DNA of 5,202 nucleotides from a virus (Duplodnaviria; Heunggongvirae; Uroviricota; Caudoviricetes): IMG/VR virus record IMGVR_UViG_2537561712_000012; one strand, 5' to 3'. Shown piece by piece: positions 4,757 to 5,202 of this stretch (position 1 is its first letter; each line of letters starts with the position of its first letter). The notes under the pieces were generated by a model. It saw only the letters and a program-made list of their open reading frames with translations, ran no database searches and was not told where the DNA came from. The position numbers and the translations under genes were made by a program.

Positions 4757-4828
4757 GCGCGGCGTTACCGCATACCAATAACGCTTCACTCGAGGCGTTT
4801 TTCGTTATGTATAAATAAGGAGCACACC

Positions 4829-4993
4829 ATGCAATATGCCATTGCAGGGTGGCCTGTTGCTGGCTGCCCTTCCGAATCTTTACTTGAACGAATCACCCGT
4901 AAATTACGTGACGGATGGAAACGCCTTATCGACATACTTAATCAGCCAGGAGTCCCGAAAAATGGATCAAACAATTATGGCTATCCAGACTAA
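4829..4993 (+). CDS. cIII: CIII (FtsH/HflB inhibitor that stabilises CII), 54 aa
   Basis: Not in the track (below the length cutoff). AGGAG 6 nt before the ATG at 4829. Translation [54 protein letters not shown] matches lambda CIII as recalled. Confidence 0.9.
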   Translation: MQYAIAGWPVAGCPSESLLERITRKLRDGWKRLIDILNQPGVPKNGSNNYGYPD

Positions 4994-5105
4994 ATTCACT
5001 ATCGCCACTTTTATTGGCGATGAAAAGATGTTTCGTGAGGCCGTCGACGCTTATAAAAAATGGATATTAATACAGAAACTGAGATCAAGCAAAAGCATTC
5101 ACTAA
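4962..5105 (+). CDS. kil: Kil (host cell-division inhibitor), 47 aa; overlaps the cIII 3' end
   Basis: Internal start of the 89-aa track [50 protein letters not shown] matches lambda Kil as recalled. The portion of the track ORF upstream of this start is a wrong-frame read-through of cIII. Confidence 0.85.
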   Translation: MDQTIMAIQTKFTIATFIGDEKMFREAVDAYKKWILIQKLRSSKSIH

Positions 5106-5180
5106 CCCCCTTTCCTGTTTTCCTAATCAGCCTGGCATTTCGCGGGCGATATTTTCACAGCCATTTTCAGGAGTTCAGCC

Positions 5181-5202
5181 ATGAACGCTTATTACATTCA
5201 GG
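5181..5202 (+). CDS. gam: gam (RecBCD inhibitor), 5' end only (short-form start); the upstream long-form start at 5060 is in a different frame here
   Basis: CAGGAG RBS 7 nt before the ATG at 5181, then MNAYYIQ... as in lambda Gam. The ORF from ATG 5060 ([36 protein letters not shown]...) matches the recalled lambda long-form N-terminus but is out of frame with 5181. Confidence 0.6.

Noticed and set aside
4780-4806. Possible terminator between the Ea10-like gene and cIII (AACGC-10 nt-GCGTT + TTTTCGTT)
   Set aside because: Short 5-bp stem with a long loop; too weak to call as a terminator.
4836-5105. 89-aa track ORF taken at full length
   Set aside because: Its first 42 codons are a wrong-frame reading of cIII. 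The real gene is kil, starting at the internal ATG 4962.
1-5202. Screen for CRISPR arrays, tRNA/rRNA genes, IS elements and integrase/att sites
   Set aside because: No direct-repeat/spacer periodicity, no tRNA-like structures, and no transposase-like ORFs or terminal inverted repeats were seen. The window is internal to the prophage early region.

Overview
This window reads as the immunity and early-left region of a lambdoid prophage (enterobacterial, lambda-like mosaic), with the lambda map inverted so that the plus strand is lambda's leftward direction. Right to left in lambda terms: a truncated O-like replication gene fragment (78..266, -), a small basic ORF (253..414, -), a cII homolog (447..743, -), nutR (830..874, -), a Cro-like HTH gene (885..1100, -), a divergent operator/promoter region (1101..1211), a cI repressor (1212..1871, +), an accessory 'rex-position' segment (1872..3225) carrying a possibly frameshifted small gene, an internal terminator, a promoter and an unknown 173-aa ORF, then a tImm-like terminator, OL/PL (3249..3432), nutL (3479..3524), an N-like antiterminator (3623..3895, +), an unknown 83-aa ORF, a terminator, an Ea10-like ORF, and cIII, kil and the start of gam. 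The cI C-terminal domain and cIII/kil/gam match lambda from memory, while the cI N-terminal domain, cro, operators, N and the accessory ORFs differ, so this looks like an immunity substitution. The most interesting items are the uncharacterised cargo in the rex position (2373..2894 and the 1881..2134 frame), the unknown ORF in the ral position, and apparent frameshifts or truncations in N, O, the small gene after cI and the gam upstream extension. Those disruptions could mean prophage decay or homopolymer sequencing errors. All homology statements are from recalled protein sequences; no database search was run.
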